From NCBI GenBank assembly GCA_051362555.1, contig CM120642.1:16120001-16184000 (forward strand): DNA of 64,000 nucleotides. Direction: 5' to 3'. The notes below the pieces were generated by a model that saw only the letters and a program-made list of their open reading frames with translations, was not told where the DNA came from and made no database searches. Below are positions 12,548 to 24,900 of this stretch, in pieces. The stretch's first letter is position 1; every line of letters begins with the position of its first letter. Position numbers and translations under genes: made by a program. Source of the stretch: Lingula anatina. Lineage: Eukaryota > Animalia > Brachiopoda.

Positions 12548-14587
12548 CTAAATCTTAAGATTATAAAACTTGATGGCATTTTCTCGGAAAATTTTGATTT
12601 GGTCTTCTTCTGTTACATCCAGTTTTTTCAAAATATCCTGAAGAACTTGAAAGACTTTCTGGAATGAAGCTCCAGCCATAAGACTCACTGGCCAATCGGA
12701 GCCAAAAAAACACCGATCTACTCCAAAGATTTTCATAACATGCTGCAACAAACATATAGTTCAATTCAATAGGCTATTGTGTATGTATTGTGATGTGGCG
12801 CCATCTTTCAACAGAAATGAAAGTTGCAATAAAGTTGAAACCAGCACCGCACAAAAGTGAAATTTACCATTAAAGTGATAATAACTCTTCGTTTCGGCCA
12901 AAAAATGAATTTTCCTGGAGTAAACAACAATTTTTCCATACTTACCAATGGTTAATGAATCCATTTTTACATTCAAAGTTAGTCCCTGGTTTTTTTCTAA
13001 AAAGTTTGTTTTTTTGTTAAAATCTCTTAAGAGATTTTAACAGAGTATAGCCATCAATGGAGGTCACGTGGTCTAAAGACAAGCTCAGATATCAGAATAA
13101 TAGCTATAACAGCCGTTTTTGTGGGAAAACAGACTATATTATATTTTTATGAGTCACTCACAATGTTTTTATTGTGAAATACAGATTTCATACGAAGAGT
13201 TATTATCCCTTTAAGCAACAGTTTTATCATTCAAAAATTGCTTAATCATTAATTTTATTACATACAGGTATAAATACTCAAATTGACAATTCTTATTCAT
13301 CTGGAGAAAACAATTGATAGAATGACCAGCTTTTTGTTAATGTTGTTTTACTGAATATCTGATGTCCATACCTTAACATATGGCACAAAGTCCTCCACCT
13401 TCCAATCCTTGAGATCTGCCTCAGTCACTAACCCTGACCTGTAAAAGGACTACTATTAAACATTTCTTTTTGTATTCCAGCCTCTATTTTATTTCTGAAA
13501 AAAACATTCTCTTCTAAAGACCTAAGAAAATACCTATAAGGCAAATAACTAGAATGAAATAGTCCATAAAATATAGGTTGATCACTTAACCTCCGTACTT
13601 GTTGCTTGCATCTTGGTTACTTAATCATTAATCTTATTATAGTAATCAATAATTAACCAGATGCACTTTGACACATTGCCAATAGTTGTCATCCCCTGGG
13701 ACACGACCCAATGACAATCTATGACATTGATAACAGGCCACTCTATAGTTCTAATCATTAAAAGCACCACAAAATCTATACAGAAATATACTTTTGTGAT
13801 TATAATATAAAAAAAGATTATATTTCTGAAAGTTTGATCATTTTTGAGCATTGAACAGATCGAATTATTACCATACTTACAGTTTACAGCTGATATTTGG
13901 ACACTTGGCAATCTTCTCCATATCCTCTTTCCATCCTTCCATCTTTCCATCTTTGATGAATGGTTTAGCAATATGGTCCACCACCATCTTCAAACTGGAG
14001 TTGTAAGAATTACGGTTACCATGTGTTCTTGAACAACGCAATGGCAATGTGCACTTTTCATGACAGGACTCTCAACATTGTATACATATTGGTGTTAATA
14101 TTTGATATTACTACTACCACTACTACTACTCCTACTTATGATTATAATACTAAATATAAACAACAATTAAAAATGATTTCACATTCTTCAATTTTTTGTA
14201 AAAAATAAAATGGGTCAATAGTTATGATAAAATTTGTTAATTCTATCCTCTAAAATCTAAAACTTTAGGTTCAAATATACAATATCATAACAAAAGGAGT
14301 TTTTCAGTATAAAAATATTTTTGGGGAGTAAGTCATCATCTTACTTAGGAAACTGGGCTCCAAGGGAAGGCACATGCTTCAGAAGATGAGGCCTGAAAAC
14401 AAAGTATCTTATTAAGTTATATGTATCAAACAAAGATACTGGGTTTGGCTCACACATGCACATAAAATGTTCATCCATGCTTAAAATGACTGATTTAAAA
14501 AAAAAAAAGGCTGTGCATGAGAAGAAAATTATATAAGCTAATCTAAATGAAAGAAATAAGATGCACTGTGTGTGTGTATATGTGCAG

Positions 14588-14625
<38 letters not shown>

Positions 14626-17600
14626 TTGCACATGCATGCATGCATGTGTACATGTGTGTTGGAATTTAGAAAAAAAAAAACTAAAGTCAATACCATACTG
14701 AAACACACACCTTAGTAAGAGGTCAAAGGTCAGTCCTTTCTTCTCCAATATTCCTAATCCTTTCTTCACATCCTCACGCGTCAGCCAGTCCTCCTTCTCG
14801 AAGTCCAATATATGGCGAGTGCCAACAAATTTGGGGTCCATGGAGAGTTCATCCAAAGTTTTCTCAAGCTGAAATAAGTAGAGTACTTTTTATACCTCTC
14901 CAAGATTTACATATACAGCATAAAGTCCACTGAAGGTGAATATAATGATGCAGGTGGTGCAAGACCATGCAAGTTAATAAGTAAACTCAAGAAGTGCAAT
15001 GGCTGAATACCCTGTTGCATCACACATATATGTTTTGATTGCAATAAATCTTCTACAGAAAGAAAAATTGTCTTAGTTTTTATAAACATCCACTACTGTA
15101 ACACACTTACATCTGGGGAGGTCAGATCAATGCCACCTACAACCCCCTTCAGAAATGGATGCGTCTTTGCCAGTTTCAGAAGCCATTCTGAAAAATTGGT
15201 ATATGAAATAAGTTAGGTAAATCTGCTTGCACTCAGCGAGAGTCCCCACAGAGTTGGATCAATTTAAGTAGACCAATGGTGTCTATAGGAATGATGTCTT
15301 AGAGGGAAATAAATGTTGTGGTTTTGAATTTTCTCCAGAAATGGTTGTATACAGTACATTGGGTAAAAAGGGAAAATCTTAATAACTTCAGCAAAAATGG
15401 TTTGATAAAGCTCATATATATTCAAACTTGACCTGTATTTAAGTGCTATTTATTACTGTGGAAAGTATGGAAATAATAAGTCACATGGTTTTTAACTTTA
15501 ATGTTTACCTAGCTTGCATGTAGATAAGTTTGAAACATGCATAAAAGACGCACTATAGACACTCAGACAGGCAACAAGATGGCAGTTGTGACCAATACAA
15601 TCATTCTACTGATCTGTTGTACTCCAGAACCACTACCTAGAGTGTCATCCCAACAGTTGGCCGAATAGTCATGTGTGTTTAGAAGTTTACATGTAATGAC
15701 AAACAGATATAGTGTATATACCTAACATGCCTTCTCTTTTACGCTGTAAAACAAAACAGACAGGCCCACTAGTACTTTTTTAACTCGAAGAACAGTGAAA
15801 TGGGACTCATTCTTATTCATTGTGTTACCAAGGCTTGCAAGCACTTTAATAAAAATATTAAAATAGAAAGAAAAATGGTCTGATAATGCTGATATTAAAA
15901 TTTGGCCTTTACTTTAATGGGATGAAATGCTTTGGTAAGTTTGAGGATATTAAGTCATTTTTTGTGTTATCAAGACTTACCTATTTTAATATAATGTATG
16001 CTGAAAAAATTTAAAAAGGCCACAATAATTTTAGCAAAAATGGTGAAATCAAACTGCAATTCAAACTTGACCTGTATTTTAGTGCTATAAATCACTCCAG
16101 TAACAATGAGGATAATAAGTCACACATTATTTTCCATTTACATACACAGAAACAAAGTCAATGATGATGCCAGATGAAAGACATACAGCTATGCACATAC
16201 TAGTTTAATATGTCTGTACATAAAAAGTAAAATCCAGTTTAAAAAAAACTACAGCTTTTAAAAAATTATCAAGACAGCATAAACTTGAAAAGCACTTGGT
16301 GGGTACAGTATATAGGAGCAGGATATTTTCATTACATCTAATTTCACCGGTTTCATTACATCAGACAGTCAGCTTGGATGTTTCTCACAGGGGTTAATAT
16401 TGTATTTTGTATACTATTTTAGAAGCCCCTAATATCAGAGGGCAGCTTGGAAGCACAGGTACTCACTGGTCTCCTCAGGGCAGTTATTGAGCACCTGTAT
16501 AAAAACAGCATGTCTGAAGGGTGTGTCTCTGGTCTCCTCTGCATATTCCTCTATGTTGATATCCCTGAACAGTACTGGCACATCAGCATCGGGCCAGGCA
16601 TACTGGAATTTCTTCAATTTCCAGAGATCTGGAGTTAAGAAAGATTTTTATTCCATCTCAATAAAATATTTTGACATAAATATATGTTTTTATTATCCAT
16701 GTTTATATATAATCAAAGGCAGATTGAGAGAAACATAGTGGCACATATGCCCCCCCCCCCAAATTTGTACTAATTTGTACATCTGGCAAACCTATTAAAT
16801 GGTAAGCATTTTTCCTCCCCCAACCTCAATTATTCATAAATTAAAACAAAACCCCCTACACCACTTAATTGTTTCCATCATCCATAAATCTCTCAATTTG
16901 TAAAATTAACTCCCAAAATCTCATTATATCCCTTTAATATAGACCAAGTTATTAGAAATACAGCAAAAAATTATTTTTCATTTACATTCTCTTAATAAAT
17001 AACTTTTTGTTTCATAATATACTGTAGAATTTTGTATATACTGCATTGTACGTGTTACAATATTAAAATGATACTCCAGTGACTGTGCACCCTTGAAACG
17101 TGTACGTATTGTATTAAGTTACAAAACTGTACTGATGTAGTGTATCTTTTTGTATTTGTAATATGCCTTTTTGATCCTGTGATGTATTGTATGTTCTTGT
17201 ATGTTTGTATACATTGTAACGTGTTGTATTGTGTTTGTGTATGCTTAATAAAAAAAAAAACTTTTTGTTTCATTTGCCTGAAAATGCCTCCTATTTGACC
17301 TCAGGTGATCTCATTTGTTTAAGCAGGTTATATTCAATATTATAAAACTCTACTGATTTCTTTAGAACTATCCTTCAGCTGCATAATGATACATTAATTA
17401 TTGTCTTACCATATCATTTTTTTATATGGCCATATAAGCAGGGTGTTACATAAAGACCATTAAGGAAAGCTACTGATTTGAAAGTTGTCCCACACATAAT
17501 CTGATTTCAGACTAAATGAGCTTTCACATGATTGGTAGCAACAAATCCAAAATTTAAGGGTCAACCTGAAGGACTATTAATTAGGAGTTTAGGAGTACCG

Positions 17601-17800
17601 AGTGCATGAATAGATTGATATATTTATAATTATCATAAATCCCCCCCCCCCCAATTACCAAGCTTACTTTAAAAAAATTCAAGTGTTTCTTAGTTTGTAT
17701 TGGAATATTCATAATTTCAATCAAAACTTTAAATACTAAAACAAATTAATAACTCACGAAAATGTGTATCCACCAGATCTGTCAAGTCCATCTCTGTCAT
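12548..17800 (-). CDS. Amidohydrolase_2 / COG3618 family protein (L-fucono-1,5-lactonase-like), 8 coding exons, 287 aa
   Basis: Exons (minus strand) 17800-17758, 16628-16467, 15187-15111, 14868-14711, 14392-14345, 13994-13881, 13438-13372, 12742-12548. Phases are consistent and total 864 nt. Motifs VDTHFHLW, GVVG, VGTRHIL, LTFDLL, VVDHIAKP, CKLSGLVTEA, FGSDWPV, IFRENAIKFY. Confidence 0.9.
12870..13214. mobile_element. Non-autonomous TTAA-flanked DNA transposon (Kolobok/piggyBac-type MITE), copy 1
   Basis: TTAA-AGTGATAATAACTCTTCG ... CGAAGAGTTATTATCCCT-TTAA terminal inverted repeats; homologous copies at ~26.5 kb and ~45.6 kb. Confidence 0.8.
14589..14622. repeat. (TG)n microsatellite
   Basis: Direct reading. 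Confidence 0.95.
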
Positions 17801-18646
17801 CTCCCCCTTTCTTCCCTTGGCAAATTAGTAGAAAAAGGGCATTTAATTCACTGAGAACATGTACAGTATGATCCATCATGTAGTCTACTTAGGTACAAGT
17901 ACAGTTTAATTCATACTAGTACATATATATACACTGTGTATGCTAGCTAGTCGTAATGAATGAAACAATACTACTGCTAGTACATGCACTAGTATATATA
18001 GTAGTGATAGTATAAATGAACATCTTAATTAAATAACATATACCTGTAATCACTAGTAATATTTGATAACATAATATTACAGATTGAAGATCAGGCCCTT
18101 AAGGTCTGGCCCTCTAGCTAGTTCAGTTTACATGTACACATAGATGTGCATGCAGTGATCACATATATGTAAAATATCGTAGACTACCTGTACAATCAAA
18201 TCTTGCCTCGTAACCTGTATAGAGGCCTTGTATTTACCTGAGCCGAAAGCATGCAGTCGGTTTACTTTGCGTTAATATGCAGTACGTCATTGACCTTGGC
18301 CTACTTACCTGTATTTATGTCATTGCTACATATGATACTGGTGGCCGCATTACATGCTTCACTTTTTGAAGGGAGGGAAGCTCTTCATTTCGGGTGGGGA
18401 AAGTTCCCTAATACGGATTTGCCTGGAGTTGACGGCAATTTTCCCATATTTTATTTTTCAGGAGATAATTTCGGAGGGTGCACATGGCCATCTACCAGTA
18501 CATGTATGAAGGCCCACTTTTTCTGATTGCAGATTTGAGAAAAATGCGACAACCGTCGATTTGGAAGTAAAATGGAAATTATTTTATTTCTATCTGTTGT
18601 GTACAGTAAACCGGCGGCTAATACTCATGTAGCTGTACTGTACTAG

Positions 18647-18677
<31 letters not shown>

Positions 18678-18953
18678 TGTATATATATATATTGTATAGT
18701 GAAAATTTGAATCTCACATTAAGAACTATTATCCTTTAGATAAAAAAATAACCTATCAAATATGCACAAGCACGGCAATGTCCACCAGTTTTTTTTCTTT
18801 CTCTGCTGGTTTTATTTATACAGAGTTATAGTTTCGCTTTCAATTTTACACGCATGGGTAGGATAGAAGATAGAAGTCCTGTTATGAAAAAATGACCTTG
18901 ACCTTAGACGGAAGTGAAAGAGATAAAAATGGCTGCGTCCTGAAATTAACAGA
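17801..18953. promoter_or_regulatory. Head-to-head (likely bidirectional) promoter region of the amidohydrolase and SMG7
   Basis: Start codons diverge ~1.15 kb apart. ETS-like CGGAAGTG (18909), GGAAGT (18562) and YY1-like AAAATGGCTG (18926). Minus-strand donor-like sites at ~18235 and ~18305 suggest non-coding first exon(s) of the amidohydrolase. Confidence 0.6.
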
Positions 18954-21900
18954 ATGAGCTCAGCTGCTCAAGTTTTGAAGTAAGTTAACCATTCAGCTGT
19001 TTTTGATTAGTGCGCCTATGGAAATAAATGTAACGTTTAACCAAGAATAGATTAGGTAATTTCTAAATCCCTGAGCCTAATGTAGAATAAAGGTAAGGGA
19101 GATTTGTAACAAAATGTGGACTCGGGAGTCGGGTCGGAGTACATGTACTTTCTGTCCCGAGTACCCTTCCCATAGCCGAGCTTCAGTTTCTTGATAAGAA
19201 TATGAAGCTAATGGCTAGAGCTTGTTATGTCTTTAACTGTGAATTTTTAGAAATATGCTCTGCACTGCCAAATAAGACCGGAGATTTATAAATCATGTTA
19301 GATCCGAGCACGAAATCCCTGCGTTTACACTCCCTTTGGCTACATACCCTGTATTAATGAATGAAAGCATAGACTGAAAAATGTTAGAAGTGAAGACCAG
19401 TTTGCGCATTCACCACGTTGCGGGTGCTCTCAAATTTTTATCATGCCTCTCATCTCCATAACTTGCACACTGCTCTAAAGCAAAACAGTTTTCCCTTCAA
19501 CTGAGCTGTGAGTAAGGTAATAAACCATGGCTGCTTACTTGTTTGGCCGTTTTACAGTTAAGTGCTTGCGTACATAAATTAAAAGAAACTAAAAGGATAT
19601 CACCAGTGCAAAATATGTACCAAGTGGTTTTCCTGTCATATATGTATATGTAGTCTGGTGCCAAAACATTTATACTAGGACATGTATTTATTCAATATCA
19701 TCTTGTTCTCCAGTCCCACTGATATCGCATTGACTCAAACTGTGCACTGCAGCACAGTTCTCTGTCTTCCTTTGTAGTTCATCTCTATGGATTCTTCTTG
19801 TAAACTGGAAAGCAATCTGCCAGTATGGTTTGCTGTTTTTTAATCGTGCCAATGGGGGTTGGGAATAAGGAATTTTTTGTAATGTATGGCACAGTACAGT
19901 AGTTTTTAGTTTATGTTCTTTTGTTTTATTTGTTTTATAGGCAAGCTGAGGCCCTGAAGGCAAGCATAGGAGGTAAGTATCATTAAAAAAATTGTGTGTG
20001 CATCTAGTAAAATAGAAGACCATCAAAGAGAGAGAGAGAGAGAGAGAGATTTTTATCTTGGAAGTGATGCATAATGAAGATAATGATGATGTCGGGGCTT
20101 TCAAATGTTTATTCACTGACTTATTTTTCATACAAATTCACAGTTTATACTGTATTTCTTTGATCATGCATTCACTTGTTTTCATTATATTTTGCATGAT
20201 AAGCAGCAGTTTTCCATTTTCATGTTGCATTCTGCCATTCAGTATTTCCTTATTAGGTAATTTCTAAGTGACTCGTTTCAGTGAAGAAAATCTAAATATT
20301 ATTTGGGTTACTGATACTTGGATCACATCCAAACTCCATAAGCATGTGTTATGCACAGGGTAAAACCTAACAATTCCATTGTGAAATTCACCAATTAAAC
20401 CAAAAGAGACATGAATTTGACATGTTCCATCTTTTCTTAGTGCTAAAACAATTTCTACACTTGTTAATTAAACTTGCACCCAATAACCCCCTATTCTTTT
20501 AATTATTTTATTCCTCTTTAATTATTTCTTGCAGTTAGTAAAGATGCTCATGTAGGCTCTGAACTTTGCAACAAAAATGTAGAAACATATGATTGCTTGA
20601 TTAACTTTATAATAATACTTTTCTCTCTCTTCAGATTCCTCCAGTAATAGCCATGAGACATGGGTTGCTAGGCAACACCTCCAGGATTTATATCAAAAGT
20701 TGCTGGTAATTGACCTTGAGTACTCCCTGGACAAGAAAGTTGAGCAGGACTTGTAAGTTTTTGGTTAAGATAATTACACGGCTCACACTAGAATTTGTAT
20801 TTTATTTTATGTTAGTCAGTTATATCTTCAAAATAATTTGGTTAAAATTCTTTTGCCTGCTTATAGTCTTTGGCCTATTTTCTTTTGATATTGTGGAAAT
20901 CAGTTGTTTTTAAGTGGGATAAGAAAATGCTTAATAAAGCTGTTAGATCTTATAAGAAATAAAACATTATCAATGCCATCATCATTATAGGAGGCAAAGA
21001 GTGGGTTCCTTTAAAACTTGACAATTATCTTGTTATAAGCTGACTTTCATAAGTCGGTCACTATAGTCACTTACCGGGGCCACTTATTTGTGTTATGTAC
21101 AGCACTTCAGAAATGTTGTTAACAGAATGTTCTGCAATTTCAGGTGGAATTATGCTTTCAAGAACCAAATCAATGGTCTCCAGGTCCAGACCAAAGATAA
21201 ACAGGTAATTTTATTCAACTGACCACTTTCCCACTTCTGCTGCATGAAAGCATTAATGAAATGTCCTCAATATTTGGGTCCCAAGTCACAATATAAGTGC
21301 TTATTCAGCATGCCACGAAAACTTAAAGGTGTTTGATTATCAATTCCTTTTTTATGTACAGACACAGATGTGTCTGTACATATTGCCATCACCTGCGTCT
21401 GTCGTCGCCGCCGCCGTCGCCGTGCACTTTCAGTGTAAACATGATAAGTAGAGGGCAGTTTTACTTTTTGGCTTTATATTTACAGAGCTGATGAATATTC
21501 ATAATATGCAGGTCAAGTCCGAAAATCAGCATGATCAGGCCATTATTGTAGAAGTTATGCTGTTTTTTCATTTTTCAGCATATTTGCAACACTGTAAACA
21601 CATTTCAAGGAAAACCGATAAGCCTGTTGTCATGAAACTTACAGGAGTAATCAAACTTACTGAAATGCAGGTCAAGTTCAAAAATCAGCATGATCGGGCC
21701 ACTATTTTAGTAGTTATGCTGTTTTTTCATTTTTCAGCATATATGCAACACTGTAAACACAATATAAAAAAAACAGGTAAGCCAGTTGGCATTAAACTCA
21801 CAGGAGTGGTCAATCTTACTAAAATGCAGGTTGAGATCGAAAATCAGCATAATTGGGCCATTATTTTAGAAGTTATGCTGTTTTTTCACATTTCCTCAAA

Positions 21901-24900
21901 TTCAATTCTTAGGCATGTTAACAGTCTTATTATTTAACTAATAAGATACATAAAAGTGTTTGTTTAACATTTCCTGCATCTTTACTACATTGTTAGTTGA
22001 TTTTTTAAAAATGATGGTAAACTTGTTATCGTGTATTGTGTAATAAAGTGTCAAAAATGGAAATAAACTCATATCATTGCAGTTTGTCAGATTCAATCAT
22101 TCAGTATGTTCAGAATCTCAGAATGTAAGAAATTGGACATTTAACACTATTCTATTGATATTTTTCCCATCTCATCAATTTTCTTAGTTGATCATATAAA
22201 AATGGCAGTAAATCGCTAATTTTGTTTTATGTTAAAAAAATGTTAAGAATGGGAAAAAACCCATTTCAGAACAGTAGTGTCTTGTTTCACATTTCCTCAG
22301 ATTCAATTCTTAGGCATGTTAACAGTCTCATTATTGAACTAATAAGATACGTTAAAGTGTTTGTTTGACATTTTCTTCATCTTTATCACATTGTTAGTTG
22401 ATTTTGTAAAAATAATGGTAAACTTGTTATCGTGTATTGTGTAATAAATGGAAATAAACTCATATCATTGTAGTTTGTCAGATTCAATCATTCACTATGT
22501 TCAGAATCTCAGAATGTAAGAAATTGGACATTTGACACTGTTCTATTGATATTTTTCACATCTCATCAATTTTCTTAGTTGATCATATAAAAATGGCAGT
22601 AAAATGTTAATTTTTGTTTTATGTTAAAAAAGTGTTAAAAATGGAAATAAACCCATTTCAGAACAGTGCTGTCTTGTTTACATTTTGGCATTATCAAGGT
22701 GTGACTTTCAAGTTCCACGGGCCTGAAAACCTTTGCTAGTCACGTTTTCTGATTGTCCATGATACTAATATTTTATTATTAAAAATTGATGGTCATTATG
22801 TTGTTAAACATTATGTAATGTTGCATCAAAATTAGAAGAAACCCCTATTTTGGGCACTGCTTCCATGATGACCATTTAAGGAAAACCATGTCACTTACTG
22901 TTCTCAAACTTGCAGGAAAGAAACACAGGACTAAAATACAGCTTCAGTAAGCAATGCAGTCTTTTTGGTAAATTTTTCTGGCAATTAAACAGTTTTTTTG
23001 TGAAAATTTAACTTTTCACATATTGGCATTTTCAAGGTCTGACTTAGAACCTCAACGGGCTTGAAGACCCATGCTAGTCACATTTTCTGAAAATCCATTA
23101 TACATATATTTTATTATTAAAAGTTGATGGTCATTTTGCTGTTAAGCATTATGTAATATTGCATCAAAATAGAAGAAAACACAATTTTGGGAGCTGCTGC
23201 CATGATGACCATTATGGGAAAACCGTATTACTTATGATTGTCAAACTTTCAAAAAAGAAACACAGTACTAAAATGCAGCCGAGTTGAAAAAGCAGTCTAA
23301 TTGGCTTCTTTTTCTTGAAGTTATACATTTTAGTGAAATATTCATTTTTATCTTGTTTTTTTTTTTACTGATTGTCTGTTTCTTTGATATTAACTCCTTT
23401 GAAACATAATTACAAAATATAATTTTAAAGATATCTAGGAGTTTGTCTTTTCCTCGTAGTCTTTTCCTGAGAGTTTCAGTTGGTTGTTCACATTGATCTG
23501 ACAAAGTTTGAACTTCTTTTCTGTTGTTTTCGTCCATTTGTGAATGAAGATCATGGAGAGAGTCAAATTCATTGTGAGATTCTTTGTCACATAGATCAGA
23601 CGAAGTTTGAACTTCGTTTTTTTTTTTTTTTTTTTTTCGGCTGTTTGAGGATAAAATTCATAGAGAGAGTCAAAGTCAATGTGAGATTCTTTGTCGTTGT
23701 CTGCAGTATCTACATTTTCATAGTCTGGACATACAGTATGAGATGCTTTAATTGTTTTGAACAGGTGTATTATTTTTCTTAGAAATGACATTGATTATGC
23801 CAAATGAATATTGGTTTTATTAAAAATTGGTTTCTTGTTTTGTTTATAAACATGTTGAGTTACCATCCAAGAAAAAATTATCTAATTCAATGAAGTGAAA
23901 CACACTAAAAGGTGCCAGACCAGCAGAAAATTCCACCCTGTACTTAAGAACCATACACTGCCTGCCTGATAATATCTGTCTTAGCTTGTTTCACTAAACC
24001 AGTGAACACTTTTCTGGACCTACCTTCAAAATACTTGAAGAATCAACAGCAAGAACAGCAACCAGTAGGAGTAGGCTTATCAGCTTAATGGATACCATTA
24101 TTTTAAAGTCTGACTTGCCAAGATTTCTAAAACAAGGGAATCAACAGAACTAAAGAATTAACAATTTGTATGAAATATAAACTATAATTAAGTCCATTTT
24201 TAAAAGAAATAATCAGGGTTCTCTTTTACACCTTATTACATCTACCACAAATATTAAACACACTTATAAGTAATAATAATAATAATGATAAGAAGTAGAA
24301 TACATTTATTATAACTCAAATCACTTGAGTTGCACATTTAAAAGTGGAGAGTTCCTAGCTGATATTAAACATTTATGCCCGGTCTTAATGGATCTCTTCA
24401 GTCCTGAATCATCCTTATCTTAGTAGGGAAAATACAAAGCAATGTGGCTCTACAAAGCACTACTACATATAGCGAGAAGAGACAAAGCTAGGGTGCCATT
24501 TTCTTAATAGATATAATGATAAAATATCATCCCCCAAATGTTATTGAACAGTCCATGCCTTACCAGTTTTCTGTCCTACAGTTCTTAGGAGATTTGCGCC
24601 TTGACTGATGTGTGGAGTTTCAAGGAGGGTGGTATATTTAAATACACTATCATATTAAAATGTCCCCTATTCCTCATGTTATCAATCCTATTTTACCAGC
24701 AGGTTTCAAAGCCCACCTTTATGTAATAAAATGTAAGCGCCAAACTACATGTTCATATGGGCTGAGACCGAGTGTGCTGAGACCAAGACGTCAGCCAGTT
24801 GATGTGTAGCTTCAGTGCACAGTTAGCCTTCACTGCAGAATTGGTGCTCCATATTAATATCGCGGTTCCTTCCCTTTGAGTGGGTAGGCAAAAAATAAAA

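Noticed and set aside
21491-21937. 148-aa repetitive ORF
   Set aside because: Translation of the 159-bp tandem cores of the HINE; not open in the sister copy
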